From Adineta vaga (lineage: Eukaryota; Animalia; Rotifera), in NCBI GenBank assembly GCA_021613535.1, contig CP075492.1, positions 19,654,001-19,718,000 on the forward strand: 64,000 nucleotides of DNA, read 5' to 3'. Below the pieces are notes generated by a model that did no database searches, was not told the origin of the DNA, and worked only from the letters and a program-made list of their open reading frames with translations. Made by a program: the position numbers and the translations under genes. How positions within the stretch are numbered: the first letter of the stretch is position 1; the number at the start of each line of letters is the position of its first letter. Positions 24,627 to 37,341 of the stretch are shown piece by piece.

Positions 24627-25170
24627 TTGAGGGTGTGGGTGCGGAGGTGGGTGTTGTAACCCGACGAGCAAAGTGAGGGTGTGGGAGTGGGTGTTGCACG
24701 GGAACAAGCAAAGTGAGGGTGCGGGGGTAAGTGCTGTAAGGCGACGAGCAAAGTGTGGGTGCGGAGGTAGGTGTTGTAACCCGACGAGCAAAGTGAGGGT
24801 GTGGGGGTGGGTGTTGCACGCGAACAAGCAAAGTAAGGGTGCGGGGATAAGTGCTGTGAGGCGACGAGCAAAGTGAGGGTGCGGGGGTAAGTGCTGTGAG
24901 GCGACGAGCAAAGTGTGGGTGCGGAGGTAGGTGTTGTAACCCGACGAGCAAAGTGAGGGTGTGGGGGTGGGTGTTGCACGCGAACAAGCAAAGTGAGGGT
25001 GCGGGGATAAGTGCTGTAAGGCGACGAGCAAAGTGTGGGTGCGGTGGTGGGTGTTGCAAGGGAACAAGCAAAGTGAGGCTGCGGGAGTTAGTGCTGTGAG
25101 GCGACGAGCAAAGTGAGGGTGTGGGTGTTGCAAGGGAACAGCCCAAGTGAGTGTGCAGGGGTAGAAGCGA
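24627..25170 (+). repeat. G-rich minisatellite built on (cgac/gaac)RAGCAAAGTG(A/T)GGGTG units
   Basis: Recurrent agcaaagtgagggtg / agcaaagtgtgggtg motifs in higher-order units, starting with ttgagggtgtggg. Confidence 0.9.
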
Positions 25171-25216
25171 AGTGCTCAATCATGGTTTCACCTAGCCAGC
25201 TTTTTTCGAGCTGAAC

Positions 25217-25683
25217 AGTTTAAAACTCGAGTACTCGAATTATAAACTTATAAGTTTAGAAGTTGAATAGTTTAAAACTCGAGTACTCGAATTATAAACT
25301 TATAAATTTAGAAGTTGAATAGTTTAAAACTCGAGTACTCGAATTATAAACTTATAAATTTAGAAGTTGAATAGTTTAAAACTCGAGTACTCGAATTATA
25401 AACTTATAAATTTAGAAGTTGAATAGTTTAAAACTCGAGTACTCGAATTATAAACTTATAAATTTAGAAGTTGAATAGTTTAAAACTCGAGTACTCGAAT
25501 TATAAACTTATAAATTTAGAAGTTGAATAGTTTAAAACTCGAGTACTCGAATTATAAACTTATAAATTTAGAAGTTGAATAGTTTAAAACTCGAGTACTC
25601 GAATTATAAACTTATAAATTTAGAAGTTGAATAGTTTAAAACTCGAGTACTCGAATTATAAACTTATAAATTTAGAAGTTGAA
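25217..25683 (-). repeat. 52-bp tandem repeat array, ~9 copies (right arm, inverted)
   Basis: Reverse complement of the 24089-24510 unit. Confidence 0.95.
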
Positions 25684-28535
25684 GAAGAAGTTTTATACTC
25701 GAATCGAATTAACGATTTCTACACTACTCTGTGAACATGTAGTAATACCAGAGCACTAAGTCGTTCATCACCCATAGAATTTCTGAGATAAGTTTTTACG
25801 AGTTTCAAGACAGAAAACGATCGCTCAGCAGTGGCTACAGAAATCGGTAAAGTAGCAAAGATAGTCAGAAGACGATATATGTTCGGATAGAAGTCACGTT
25901 GACTATATGTTAGTTTAAGAACTTCACCAATAGTAGATGGTAAGTTATTATCGGAACGTTTTCGCCAGATATTTTGCCACATTTCAAATTCACTTTCAAG
26001 CACCAGGAAGTTATCCGAAATTCAATCTTCTTTATAGAATTCAAACGTATTCTTCACGTCGTCAAATTCAATTTCTTTGACATTGTTGGGCATCAATTTT
26101 GAAATTTTCGCTGCAAGTTTTTGGTGAACAGAAAACCGTGGACCTAGTTCATCAACTGCACTGGAGATAAAAGATTGATAGATTAAGTCGAAGAATGAAC
26201 GTGGTGTCGTTTTCTTTCGACGTGACAATTGATATGGAATGTCATGATCCAACGCAAATTGAACTAGATCATTGTGCAATTTGTCCATATTGTCATTATT
26301 CATAAGCTCGACTAAATACAATGTAAGTTCTTCAATGTTATCGTAACATTCAACAATATCACACGTTGGTGATTGAAGACTTTCAGTATATGGTTTAGTG
26401 AGTGCAAAGACACGAGAGACAATGATAAGTGGAGTGATAAACTCGATGTCTGATGAGATTGATTTGTAGTATGCAGCAGCAAGAGCCGATGTGTCACTAT
26501 CACCATGAGCAGCCAAATGTTCGAGTACAATTAGTATCGAACCGAATAATTGTCTGAATACTAGAATAGCCGATTGTTTGTCGACCCAACTATATTTTGA
26601 AAGAAATCACATCGAATTGAAAAAATAGATCAATCTTCTGGATTCTTACCGTGTTTCGCACATTTTGATGAGTGTGTGATGATGTTGATGGTTTTGATTG
26701 GAAACTGTCGCTTCCACAGCAGCTTTAAACATCATTTTTCGTTTTGGAGACTTGTTGATAAATTTGATTATACTTTTAATGGTACCAAAAAACGATTTTA
26801 CATTGGATTCATCGCATGAATTTTTCAGTACTAGATCAAGAGAATGGTTTGAGCAATGTATGTATATTGCTCGTGGAGATTGATCGGAAATTAATTTCTG
26901 GACACCACCTAATCGACCAGACATTACATGAGCACCATCATAACCTTGTCCTAGAAAAGAAAACATCTTTGAAAATTCTGAAAAATCATCAAGTTCTTTC
27001 TTTCATTGAAATATCTAACATAACATAACTCATCGGCTGTACCTTTGCACAAAGTATCATAATACAACGAAGAAATCTTTAGTGTAGAATATTACCTCTA
27101 ATAAGATCAATACTGAGACCAATAATTTTCAAAAACTCGCACATTTTATTGGCCACGGCAATTGCAGTAAGGTTTTCCAGAGGAATAAAGCCCAAAAAAA
27201 CTTCATGAATGAATTCACCACTAGCGTCAGGTTCCGACGAGACGTATCGGACCGATATTGACAGTTGTTCACGACCGGAGATATCTGATGTTTCATCAGC
27301 CAACAACGAATAAAAAAGTCGTTTCTCGATAAGTTCACGGATAAGTTTCGCTCGCACAATTCGAGCTGAGAGTATGATCAATTCATTTTGGATTCGAGGA
27401 CTCAAATAACTGGCATTCTTCGCACACATTTGTAGATGTTTGGCAAGAACAGTATCTCCCGCTTCAGCACGAAAAGCAATTAAGTTTTTGAAATTGCCTT
27501 GATGTAGATTTACATCACATGGTAATCCATCATCATCATGACCACGTAATGCCATATTTTGACCAGCTAAAAACAAAAGTCATTTCACAATGCTCACTAA
27601 TATTTTTCTGTTTTCCATCTGTTGATTCAGATCGGCAACGTTCAGCAAATTATCAATATCCGAGTTTGGATCTGTACGACGAATAATAAATTCGTTGGCT
27701 TGCGTCGTTGAATACTTGTGATATTGTGTCCTTTCGTGGTTCCTCAAATAGGTCGTTGCTTCTTTGAGAAAGGAACCGGAAAGTGGCTTATTTACTAAAT
27801 GACCAAGTTGATTTTGGGCTGGATCAGCATAAGAAGATGTGCGTCGAAATAAAACACAATATCGACACATAACACCATTAAGTTTAGCTGAATATGAGAG
27901 CCATGGAAAGTCAACTAGCCACTTTGGAACACATACTGAACGAGAGTGTCCTTTAAGATCAATTTTGGATACTTGTAAGATGATGATGGAATCCAAGGTT
28001 TCTTGAGTACATCATATATTCGAGTGGCATCATGTTCAGTTAGGGAGATACCGACAAAATGACCTTTAGTATAAACAAATGAAAAGTACATTAGATTATT
28101 TTTTATTGTTTATTGACAGTGACTAACCGATACCGTTAGGATCAGACACATCGATAAGTGATGGAGTTGCAACTGTCGAATTCGATGAGATAATTGGTAG
28201 AACACAAGAATCACGGTCTTGCTCGTCGATGATAGAGGGTTCAGAGTTTTTCGTTGGAGTCGACAACGACACTGTTCCTTGCAAATGAAATACCGGTGGT
28301 GTTGTTGGTTCTGTTGTTGATAATGTTAATTGGGATGGTGTCGACATCATTGTTGGTGCTAATGCAATTGCTGTAGATGGAGAAATCGATGATGGTGACG
28401 TAAGAACTGATGACGATGGTAATGTGGAAGATGCAATATCTTCATCAGAATGACGTCTTCTCTTGTTTGCACTTGAAAAACGCTCTTGGAGACTTAGTTG
28501 TCTACTCATCTTATCTGAAAAACTCGCAGTACAAT

Positions 28536-28660
28536 TTGAGGGTGTGGGTGTGGGTGTGGGTGGGTGTGGGTGTGGGTGGGTGTGGGTGTAGACGCGAGCA
28601 AAGAAGAACACTTAGCCAAAACCCACACCCACATCCACCCCACACCCTCACGCACACTCT
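28536..28660. repeat. Head-to-head telomeric-repeat foldback (longest; near-perfect TGTGGG arm)
   Basis: ttgaggg(tgtggg)n from 28536 to 28589, ~30-nt spacer, then acccacacccacatccaccccacaccctca. Confidence 0.85.
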
Positions 28661-29424
28661 CCAGATGAAGTGGAGTCATTTCAAGAGACGATCACATTGA
28701 GATATCATGTTTATGAATATGTCTAACACGTCTATGTTTATTGTAGAGAAAACAAAGTTTTGTTAATTTATATCTTCTGGACTTATTATTAAATAAATCA
28801 TTACACTTTGGTGTTGCTCGGACAGTTTCCATGGTTTCTTATTGATTGATATCGACTACAATGTTTTTACTTACAGAAAGGTCCAAAGAATCTAAATCAA
28901 TCTTTCGCTCATCTATGTCGTGTTAAATCAAAGAAAAGAAAACGTATATTCTCGTCTTTTTTGTCGATGATCGATGAAAGCTGGTGGGATAGTAAATGAG
29001 TCTAAACTATTAAATTTTTCAATATTTTCAAATGACAGATACTCTCAAATTTGATATCTTGGATAAATATAACCATGTTCATGACAACGAGAGTTGAAAA
29101 AATACAGATGTGGATGTGGGCGTAGATAGAATGAATATCCGCATCCTCTCTCTCACCCAAATTCAACGAAAATATTTCTATGTATATTGATTATTCATCA
29201 CAGTTTATACCCGATGTTCATTATATGCTCTAACTCATCCAATCAAATCGTTGTATGAGGAACTACTTTACTTGTACAAAGAGAGAAGAGATATATTAAC
29301 AAGTTTGTTTATCTTCGACACCTTTATGATGAATTCTGACTATGATCGAGTTTATTTTTAATGAATCAGTTGAATAATTATCAAGAGTAAAAAAACAAAT
29401 GAGAGAAATTCTTTTGATATTTTG

Positions 29425-32400
29425 TTACCATACAACACATTTATTCTTTCGACTGTTTCCTTGACCTGATTTACATCCAAATACACGATCAAATTCGGCA
29501 AAATTCGATGTTGAACCAATTACTCTATACAAGAAAAGTACTCAATTAATAAAATGATTTGTACAAATTATGATAAAAAAAAATGCACCTGAATTTAGTT
29601 GGTGAATGTGAATCTGTCAAAATGTATTTTTTTGCCGTTTGATCTGTCAATTTCGAACACCATATTGAACCAAAATTCAAGAAAAACATTTGTTCTGCAG
29701 AATATTTCGTTAAACCTGGTAGTTTCTTATCAACATTTTTATTCATATGTGCCCATTTTTGATAAGCCTAAAACATATAGAAAATAATATTTAAATTTAT
29801 TGAGTATTGAACTCACATAAAAAGCTTCTTTCAATCCACCATTATCAGCAATATTTTCACCTAAAGTTAGTTTTCCATTCACCTAAATACAAAGATAAAC
29901 ATGAATTCTATAATTATACATAAACAAATTACTGTCATATTAATTTGAACTAGTGAATAATTATTATACTGTTCAATCATACATTTTGTTAAATTATTAA
30001 ATCTATCAATTGTGTTATTTGTCCACCAAGAACGTCTATTACCATTCTGATCAAATTGTCGACCAAGATTATCAAATCCATGTGTTAATTCATGACCAAC
30101 AATTGTACCAATACCTACAATTGAAATAAATGAAAACTTTTCTATCTCAACAATCAAATAGAATTTGAACGAACCACCATAATTCAAATATCTAAAAAAA
30201 CAAAACAAAAGAAATATTCAATCTTAATTAAAACAAACAATTTCACTTTACTTTGGTGCATCTTTATGAAAGAAAGGTGTTTGAAGAATGGCAGCAGTAA
30301 AAGCTAAAATAAAATAGATATAAAATATTATTAAATGAATTATTTAATGTAATTACTAATATCATTAAATGCAAAACGATAATAAGCATTGACATCAGTA
30401 GGAAGAATATATTCCCAAATTTTTCGATCAATAGATTCACGAAGTTTATGAAGACTATTTTTAACATTTAATTGTAACATTAATAAAACATTTTGAATAT
30501 ACGATGAATTAAATTTATACTAAATTCAAAAGATAATTATAAATCGAAAACAAATCTATTCTCTTATACTTCAGCATATTTATATTCTAAATCTTTCATA
30601 TTATCATTATTTAATCCATCAGGATATCCAATTCTTTCTGTTATCAATTGAATCTATATAAGTGTTGATATTTTTTCAATAGAAAAATAATATTAATTAT
30701 TCAACATACTTTTTCTATTGCCACACGTTTCGAATTAGTTTCCATCCATGTAGTTTGATTAATCATTTCAATAAAAATTAATCGAATATTTTTAATCATA
30801 TCAATAGCCTAAATTAAAAGAATTTATAAGAAAAAGAATAACTATATGATTAAGAAATTTACTTGTTGACGAGTTGTTTCATCAAATCTTTTCTTAATAT
30901 AAAGTCTAGATATAACCATACCCATATTTTTATTAATAAAAGTAGCACATGCATAAGAACGAGATTTTCCAATCATTGAACCTTTGATAACGTGGATAAA
31001 TTCTTGTTTTATAGAACGAAATCGTTTTGGCATATGATCAATTTGATTCATTATAAAACGCCAAATTAAATAATTTTGAATAATACGTGGAGAATTTTGT
31101 TCAAGAATCTTCGAAATATTTTGTAAAACTTGCAATTCACTGATATGAATTATATCTGTATTAATAAGAGTTACATTTCCAAGAAGATAAATACGTCGAA
31201 GATATTCAGAAAAATTGAAATATCCTGATTTATTCATTAGAATCGAAAGATTATTAAAAGTTGTACGATTAAATAATGAACCAGATCGTTGAGCTTTGCT
31301 CAAGAAAGACTAAAATGAATTTATAAAATTATATATATTATATTCATAGAAAAGTGAGTACTTGAGCAATGGATTTTTCAAAGTTGAATATATTATCAAT
31401 ATCAATATCATTTATTGATATATCATTATTCAATGCTATAATGATATTTCTCATGAATTGTCGATAACTTTTTGTAATTTTAGTATCGTTTATATAATAA
31501 CTACGATCTTCTAAACCTAAATTACCTTGACCTATCTAAAATATTTATAATTTTAAAAGAGATTATTTTCATAATTTCTACTAACATAAATACAAGGAAT
31601 AGATGAATTATTCTGATCGATATAAGTCAATACATTAAATAATGTAAATCCATTATATTGAGTCAATTTAATTGATACATTCATTAAATTATATGTTGAT
31701 TCATTCCATGTTGATTGTTGTAAAATTGGCCAATCACCAAATTCATTTTTAATCAATGATAATATTTCATTAATACCATCTCTTTCAATATTACTTTCAT
31801 TAATACATGAAGAATATAAATTACGAACATTTGTAACCGAATTAAGTTCAATAGTTTCATTGATAGATGATGTTGAAAGAAGATCTAATAATATAAAAGT
31901 ATAAAAATAAAATATAAAACATGTTTTTTAGTGTACTCAAAAAGTGAGTACACTACTATAATCGGTCTGTGTGTCCGTCCGGCCGTCCGTTTACACGATA
32001 ACTCTTCACAACTACATTCGATTGAGCTGAAACTTTGTGCACATAATTGTCTCATCAATATCTCGGTCGAGTTCGAAGATGAGAATGATCTCTCAAGAAA
32101 TGGCTGAGTTATCGAAAAAATTGTCATTTTTGACCAGACCATCTCTGAGGGGGGGATACAGGGTTTTTTTGAAAAAACATTTTCTCTCAAAATTATTTAA
32201 AACATGTATGAATCGACTCAGTTTTTAACGCTGATTCCGAATCTGATATTGGTTTTGAGTCAAATCATAGTTTACTAAGGAAAAATGCTTAAAAAAGGTC
32301 TCAAAATGCGCAAAAACTGTATTTTAACACCGAATTGCCTAAATACGTTTCATATGATCTGTATTTTGGGAGTTTCCCAAATCGTTAGTTTTGTAGCTAG

Positions 32401-33230
32401 GCAGAAGGACTATCAAAAGAGAAAAACCTGATCTTCAAACCTATTGATACTGATGATCTGTTATGAAAATGCTGATATGTGTATCAATCATAGATCTTTT
32501 ATAGATTCATGAGGTTGCATATAACCGTTATTCCGATAGATTCCAATAGAAAAATTCCTTCATAACTCAACATGAAAAATCTTGGTCATAGAAAAATTTC
32601 TCATGGTAATTTTGATGCGTAGACATTCTAGAATGGTTCATCTCTCCCATACACTTTTTGCAGTACACATAACTCTCGGATAAAATCCGAAGTTTCCGCA
32701 TTTATTTATTTTTACCAATAATATCATAAATAACTTGAGTTTGTAAAGTTTCGAATATATGTAGATAACTATCTAAATAAAAAAGAATAATGAATTAGTT
32801 TTTATTATAATCATATTTACTATCTTCTGGTATGCGAGCATTTTTAATCCATTTACCACAAGAAAATTCATAGAAATTTTCACATGGATCAATAGTTTCA
32901 TCAATACTTTCAAGTAAATAATTTGCTAAAATAAGAGAAAATAAATTGTATTTATTAACTATATAATATTATTAATTAACCTGTTTTAATACAATATGGA
33001 GTTGTACATAGATCAATTGTATCATTTATTAATTGATAATCTTGTGTTTTATTCCGTTTAAGACCAAATAAAATAGCTAATACAATTGTTGTAATAATGA
33101 AAAGAATAGTTATAATACTGAGAAATATTATAAACCATTTCCATTTTAACAATTGTCTAAATATGTTTTTATAAAGTTCTCTTGATTTACTCGAAAGTAT
33201 CACTTACTGTTTCGACACATTGTTTTCCAT
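29425..33230 (-). CDS. Neprilysin/ECE-like M13 zinc metallopeptidase, multi-exon type II membrane protein
   Basis: N-terminal TM ([26 protein letters not shown]), [61 protein letters not shown] and C-terminal KCVVW*. Not every junction was verified. Confidence 0.9.
31930..32700 (+). mobile_element. Helentron-associated non-autonomous element (HINE/DINE-1-like) in a neprilysin intron
   Basis: Inserted in a T-run. 5' subTIR gtgtactcaaaaagtg with adjacent short IR gagtacact, followed by GTCC-type microsatellite. 3' subTIR cactttttgcagtacac (~32652-32668), followed by hairpin tcggat-aaa-atccga. Confidence 0.75.
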
Positions 33231-33502
33231 AGAAATATTGATTAAATGAATAACCTTTTTTTTTTATACAATTTGACTTTCAATCTTACTTACCATAAAT
33301 ATCATCAATTTGATTATAAAGTTGATATTTTACATGAAAAGAAATTCAATTATTTTATAAAGAACACAAAAATGTGATAGAAAGATTGCAAACAATTCCA
33401 ACCATGAAAGAGAAAATTCAATAGAGAACTATGCTAAGACTATGGGTGGAGATGTTAATATGAATTTTATCTTTTCTTCATCATCATCCATACACTCAAG
33501 AT

Positions 33503-34048
33503 TTATTTAGATTTTTGTTTCTGATTAATTGAACATAGAAAATATATGAAACAATTAACGATGAATATTAAAAAACTTGTAGACATAAAAAAAAACTTCA
33601 CCAATCCCGCATAACAAGCTAAGTTCATTAAAGAATCATGTCGATTTGGATAAATTTCTAATACATATTTTTCTGCAAGATTTTCAATGTATTCAAAAAT
33701 CATATAGAGAAATGGTCCAATTATGTAATGATATCCTTTTCCCATACCCAAATTAGACAAAGATAATGAAAGAAATAGTAAAATTGGAAAAACAAACTCG
33801 GCATAATTTGTTAATCGATAGGCACGACGACCATTATCTCCTAAATTTGAAAGAGTTTGATAACCTTCATCTGGTGTGTAATAAGTCATAGTATCAAGAA
33901 TAGTTGGATTTCCATTCAAACCAATTGATGCAGCATATTCTTGTAATGGTTTCATACAAAGATAAAAATTGAATATTGCCAAGAACCATATCGACAAAAT
34001 ACAATATCGATTAGCGAAAGGTTTTAATATACGATAGAGTTTCTCCAT
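33503..34048 (-). CDS. Intronless ~4-TM membrane protein, microbial-like uncharacterised family
   Basis: 181-aa ORF with LDTMTYYTPDEGYQTLSNLGDNGRRAY...EFVFP...FEYIEN, a pattern I recall from bacterial/fungal hypothetical membrane proteins (recognition only). Confidence 0.7.
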   Translation of the reverse strand: MEKLYRILKPFANRYCILSIWFLAIFNFYLCMKPLQEYAASIGLNGNPTILDTMTYYTPDEGYQTLSNLGDNGRRAYRLTNYAEFVFPILLFLSLSLSNLGMGKGYHYIIGPFLYMIFEYIENLAEKYVLEIYPNRHDSLMNLACYAGLVKFFFMSTSFLIFIVNCFIYFLCSINQKQKSK

Positions 34049-35137
34049 TGAAATTGAATATGTCTGCTGTCGTTATTTATAAACGAATGAAAAACATTCA
34101 CCTTTACACGTGGTTATTTATAAAAAGATTTTTTTTTCTTTGTCGGGTATTGAAAAGAACGAGAAAAACAGTCGGCTGTCCTCATTCAGATAAACAACCA
34201 AAAAAATGTCTTTTTTTTAAAGAAAAAGTTGAGTTGTCAATAGTAAACGCTGTCCCACATTCGGTTTTCTTCAGAAAAAAAAACGTTTCTGAACGCATAA
34301 AAATGTGATATAATGGTGTACTTAATTTCACTCTGAATTTGAAGAAAAAAAAGCAAGGCTTAATCAAAACTGATCTGCGAGAACTTCAAGATTTCAGAAA
34401 ATTTTCACGTCTTTTGTTAGAAGGGTGAGGATCACTGTGCTTTGTTTTGTTTTCAGCACCCACATCCATCTTACGTGTCTAATATAAAAATAATACCATC
34501 AACCTGGTTCTTATCAACACACGGCTACTGAAACACTTGTTCGTATCCTGAAGTCCTCGATTAAGTATAGATAATCTTTATACTGATTATAAAACATTCG
34601 AGAATAAAATCAATTGAATATTTGATTTTTTTTTTCAAACTTTGGAATAAATTTTATTTTAAAAATATTTTTATTAATTTGAAATTGTTAAGTGTTTTAT
34701 TTTATTCGTATTGAAAATTCAGATATTCATTAAAAAGAATAAATAAAGGAAACATTTGTTATGTATTCAACACAATCAATTTATCTTTTTATTACTTTTT
34801 TCTAGTTGATTTTTGTTGAGCAAAAAGAAAATGATAAGACAGATGTCAAAATATGTAATGCCAACAGATTTGTATCTTTAAATGAAAGTATGAATAAAAT
34901 ATTTTAGTCTTTTTCTGAAAGAAGAAATTTACTTTTTGATTTTCTTTTATGTTAAACTTTTTAACGATAATTGTTTATCGACATATTCACCTCTCTGACT
35001 CTGATACTTGATGCAACACAAAAACTATACTCGTCATTTTGACTAAGTATTCGTGAAAAATCATTATTTCTTCTAACCTTACCGTAAGAGCAAAATTTCA
35101 CATTAGTATTAAGAAATCTGTTGTCGAATATATTTTA

Positions 35138-36103
35138 TCATAGGTTAAAGTTGGAGAAGATTTCATTAATGCTCAATTTACTATGTATGTTTATTATACA
35201 GTTACAGAGAGGGTGTCTTTGTTCTCTTGAGGGTGTGGGTGTGTGTGTGGGATGATTATAATTGAAGAACAGAGCACTAGCCACACCCACACCCTCACCC
35301 ACACCCACCCACACCCCGATGAAATATGGTGACGCAATGAACTTTACAGCGGCACCTCGTCCCATGCCTCCGCTTGCATCTGTAAGATTGTATTTGGCCA
35401 AAATTTTAATCACTTCTTCGATCGTTGAGTTCGAATTGCACAAACTTTTCTTGCACGCTAGCTTTACAGTTGTATATTTACTTGCGGAATCATAAACATC
35501 AACTCCTATTGTGCTGTTGTCAGATTGTTCACATTCTTGAGATCGAATCACATTTGACCATTGGTTGTAATCGATTAAACAACGTCCTTGTCTTCCCGTG
35601 TGTGAAAGGCATGGACCAATATTTCCACTTGTCAGATAAGTGTCATAGTAACAGTTCAATGGAACATTTGTAAGACCAGATGATGGAGATTCTGTTAGCA
35701 GTGTTGAAAGTTCTCTGATTGTATCCGATATTTGAAAAGGTTTTGCAATCATTTCCGATATTCTTCCCTTCAAATATCGAAGAGCGCAATCATCAGCCTT
35801 ATCCGAACAACTGCGTGTTATAGTGTATAAAAATTCAGGTCCAGAAGTGATCTGAATGTAATCAGAGTTGGAGAGAATCACCTCAGATCTATTTGGAAAA
35901 TGAACAACATATGTTCGGCGAATGTAATCAAGTGTCACCATAGCTTCGCAAAGGATGGGTGAATCACGTTTACATTGGGTATCGTCTGGAATGATGAAAG
36001 GCTGACCCATTGAGTATTTTAGCGTACATCTAGTTGTACATTCTTGGCCATTGATGATCTGCACCACTGTCAAAAACCATATAAATAATGTGCATAATAG
36101 CAT
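35138..36103 (-). CDS. Secreted Cys-rich protein; C-terminus runs through a telomeric-repeat foldback
   Basis: Signal peptide MLLCTLFIWFLTVVQIING, >14 Cys including a CKKSLCN (LU/Ly6-like ending) motif. GVWVGVGEGVGV is encoded by TGTGGG/TGAGGG repeats at 35281-35317. Confidence 0.7.
   Translation of the reverse strand: MLLCTLFIWFLTVVQIINGQECTTRCTLKYSMGQPFIIPDDTQCKRDSPILCEAMVTLDYIRRTYVVHFPNRSEVILSNSDYIQITSGPEFLYTITRSCSDKADDCALRYLKGRISEMIAKPFQISDTIRELSTLLTESPSSGLTNVPLNCYYDTYLTSGNIGPCLSHTGRQGRCLIDYNQWSNVIRSQECEQSDNSTIGVDVYDSASKYTTVKLACKKSLCNSNSTIEEVIKILAKYNLTDASGGMGRGAAVKFIASPYFIGVWVGVGEGVGVASALFFNYNHPTHTPTPSREQRHPLCNCIINIHSKLSINEIFSNFNL
35227..35317. repeat. Head-to-head telomeric-repeat foldback
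   Basis: ttgagggtgtgggtgtgtgtgtggg, ~30-nt spacer, ccacacccacaccctcacccacacccacccacaccc. Confidence 0.85.
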
Positions 36104-37341
36104 CGTTTGGATACTATTGTTGTCGATTAACTACTAGTGAAAGTGAAAGAAAAGAGTTCTCAATACTCAACAAATATAGCCTTTTTATTGCTTTATAAGA
36201 TTAGAAATATATAAAGGCAAATAAAATAGACGTTTAATATGATTACTCACATATCGATGTTGATAAATAAATGTTCTTCAGTTTTTTTGCCTATCCTGTA
36301 TAACTAATGACTTGCGAAACATTTTTACTTTTATAAATGAATGTTTTTTGTCTCATTTTATTTTTTGACCAATCAGTGAAGTGCAGACACACAAGCAAAC
36401 AGACAATTTATGTTTGCAAGACTCTTCTCTAACGAAAAAAAGAAAAAGATTCATCATCATCATTAAATATTTAATTTGATTTTCTTTTAATAAAAAATTG
36501 AACATTATCACAAACATAAAAATATTTTTCAATTGTATTAGAATTCTCTTTTTTTTTGTTTTAGCGAATGTTATTCGAAATATAATATTCCAACTAATTC
36601 AATATATTGACAATCAATTCTACCAATAGTAGCTAAATATAAAAAGAAAAAGTAATCAAATAAAAAAATATATTTTGTTATTTTCCTAACAATTTAAAAC
36701 TAGATTATATGTTAACGCTTTGAGTCGCGGTGGGATATATATATTTCCCGCCTAGAAAATTTTTAAATTTCGCCATTTTGGAGAATGTAGGAGAGATATT
36801 TTCTGTATATGCTGGCAGCTGGTAGAGACCTGTACAAACCATACAAAAGATAGATTATATAAAAGATACGGAAGACTACACTATCCTTGTTTTTCGACCA
36901 CCCCTCCTCCGGCTAAAAAAAAAGTCGATTTTCGTCAGAAATCCAAAAAGGGTAAAAAGTAGGTAGACAGATAGTCCATATTCGAATCTTTCAGAAACAA
37001 TATAGTTTTTATGAAAAACATTTCTTTTTAGCTAGAAATTTTGATGATTTCTATAATTCGCTGCTCGGAAAGCAGGAATTTTGGTGGATTTTTTCATTTA
37101 GCTTCTGTTTTTTTATTCTGGGAAAAGGAGTGAGGATTCTGAAGAATCTGTTCTGTGGTACCATCTATCATGACATGCCTTTTTGACAGTAACAAACTGG
37201 AAAACGCAGCAAAAATCAAGATGAAAAGTTCTAGATTTGCATCAGCGTTTTTTGCTTTTGTTTATTGGGTATTTCGACGACCTGTTCCGATATAAGGCTG
37301 AAAATCTTCCTACAGTATTAACATTACAATATCAACATATT

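Larger units (their letters stand above)
24033..25729. mobile_element. Foldback-type non-autonomous element with 9-bp TSD
   Basis: TSD tgtgaacat at 24024-24032 and 25730-25738. Inverted arms of 52-bp tandem units flank a GC-rich central minisatellite. Confidence 0.8.
23944..28509 (-). pseudogene. Intron-containing hAT transposase, inactivated
   Basis: TTF-type finger (FPWLSYS...MCRYC), ALRGHDD, YSLLADETSD, GQGYDGA, YIHCSNHSLDL, CETR|WV and hATC (ATAERSFSVLKLVKTYLRNSM). Frameshift at ~27960, in-frame TGA at 27580 and 26022; C-terminus split by the insertion at 24033-25729. Confidence 0.85.
23648..28535 (-). mobile_element. Degenerate hAT transposon (ZMYM1/THAP12-type transposase); only one terminus seen
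   Basis: hAT-like terminus CAGTGGCGTACGCAG at 23648 and transposase remnants upstream on the minus strand; no partner TIR found near 28.5 kb. Confidence 0.7.

Noticed and set aside
24600-25179. His/Pro/Thr-rich ORFs in all three minus frames
   Set aside because: These are translations of a stop-poor G-rich minisatellite, not credible proteins.
24089-25683. 52-bp palindromic repeat arrays as a CRISPR array
   Set aside because: Units are directly adjacent with no unique spacers, there are no cas genes, and the context is eukaryotic; they are arms of a TSD-flanked foldback element.
33204-33206. Apparent nonsense codon near the neprilysin start
   Set aside because: It lies in a 51-nt GT-AG intron whose removal restores the frame (MENNVSKQ|QLLKWKW).
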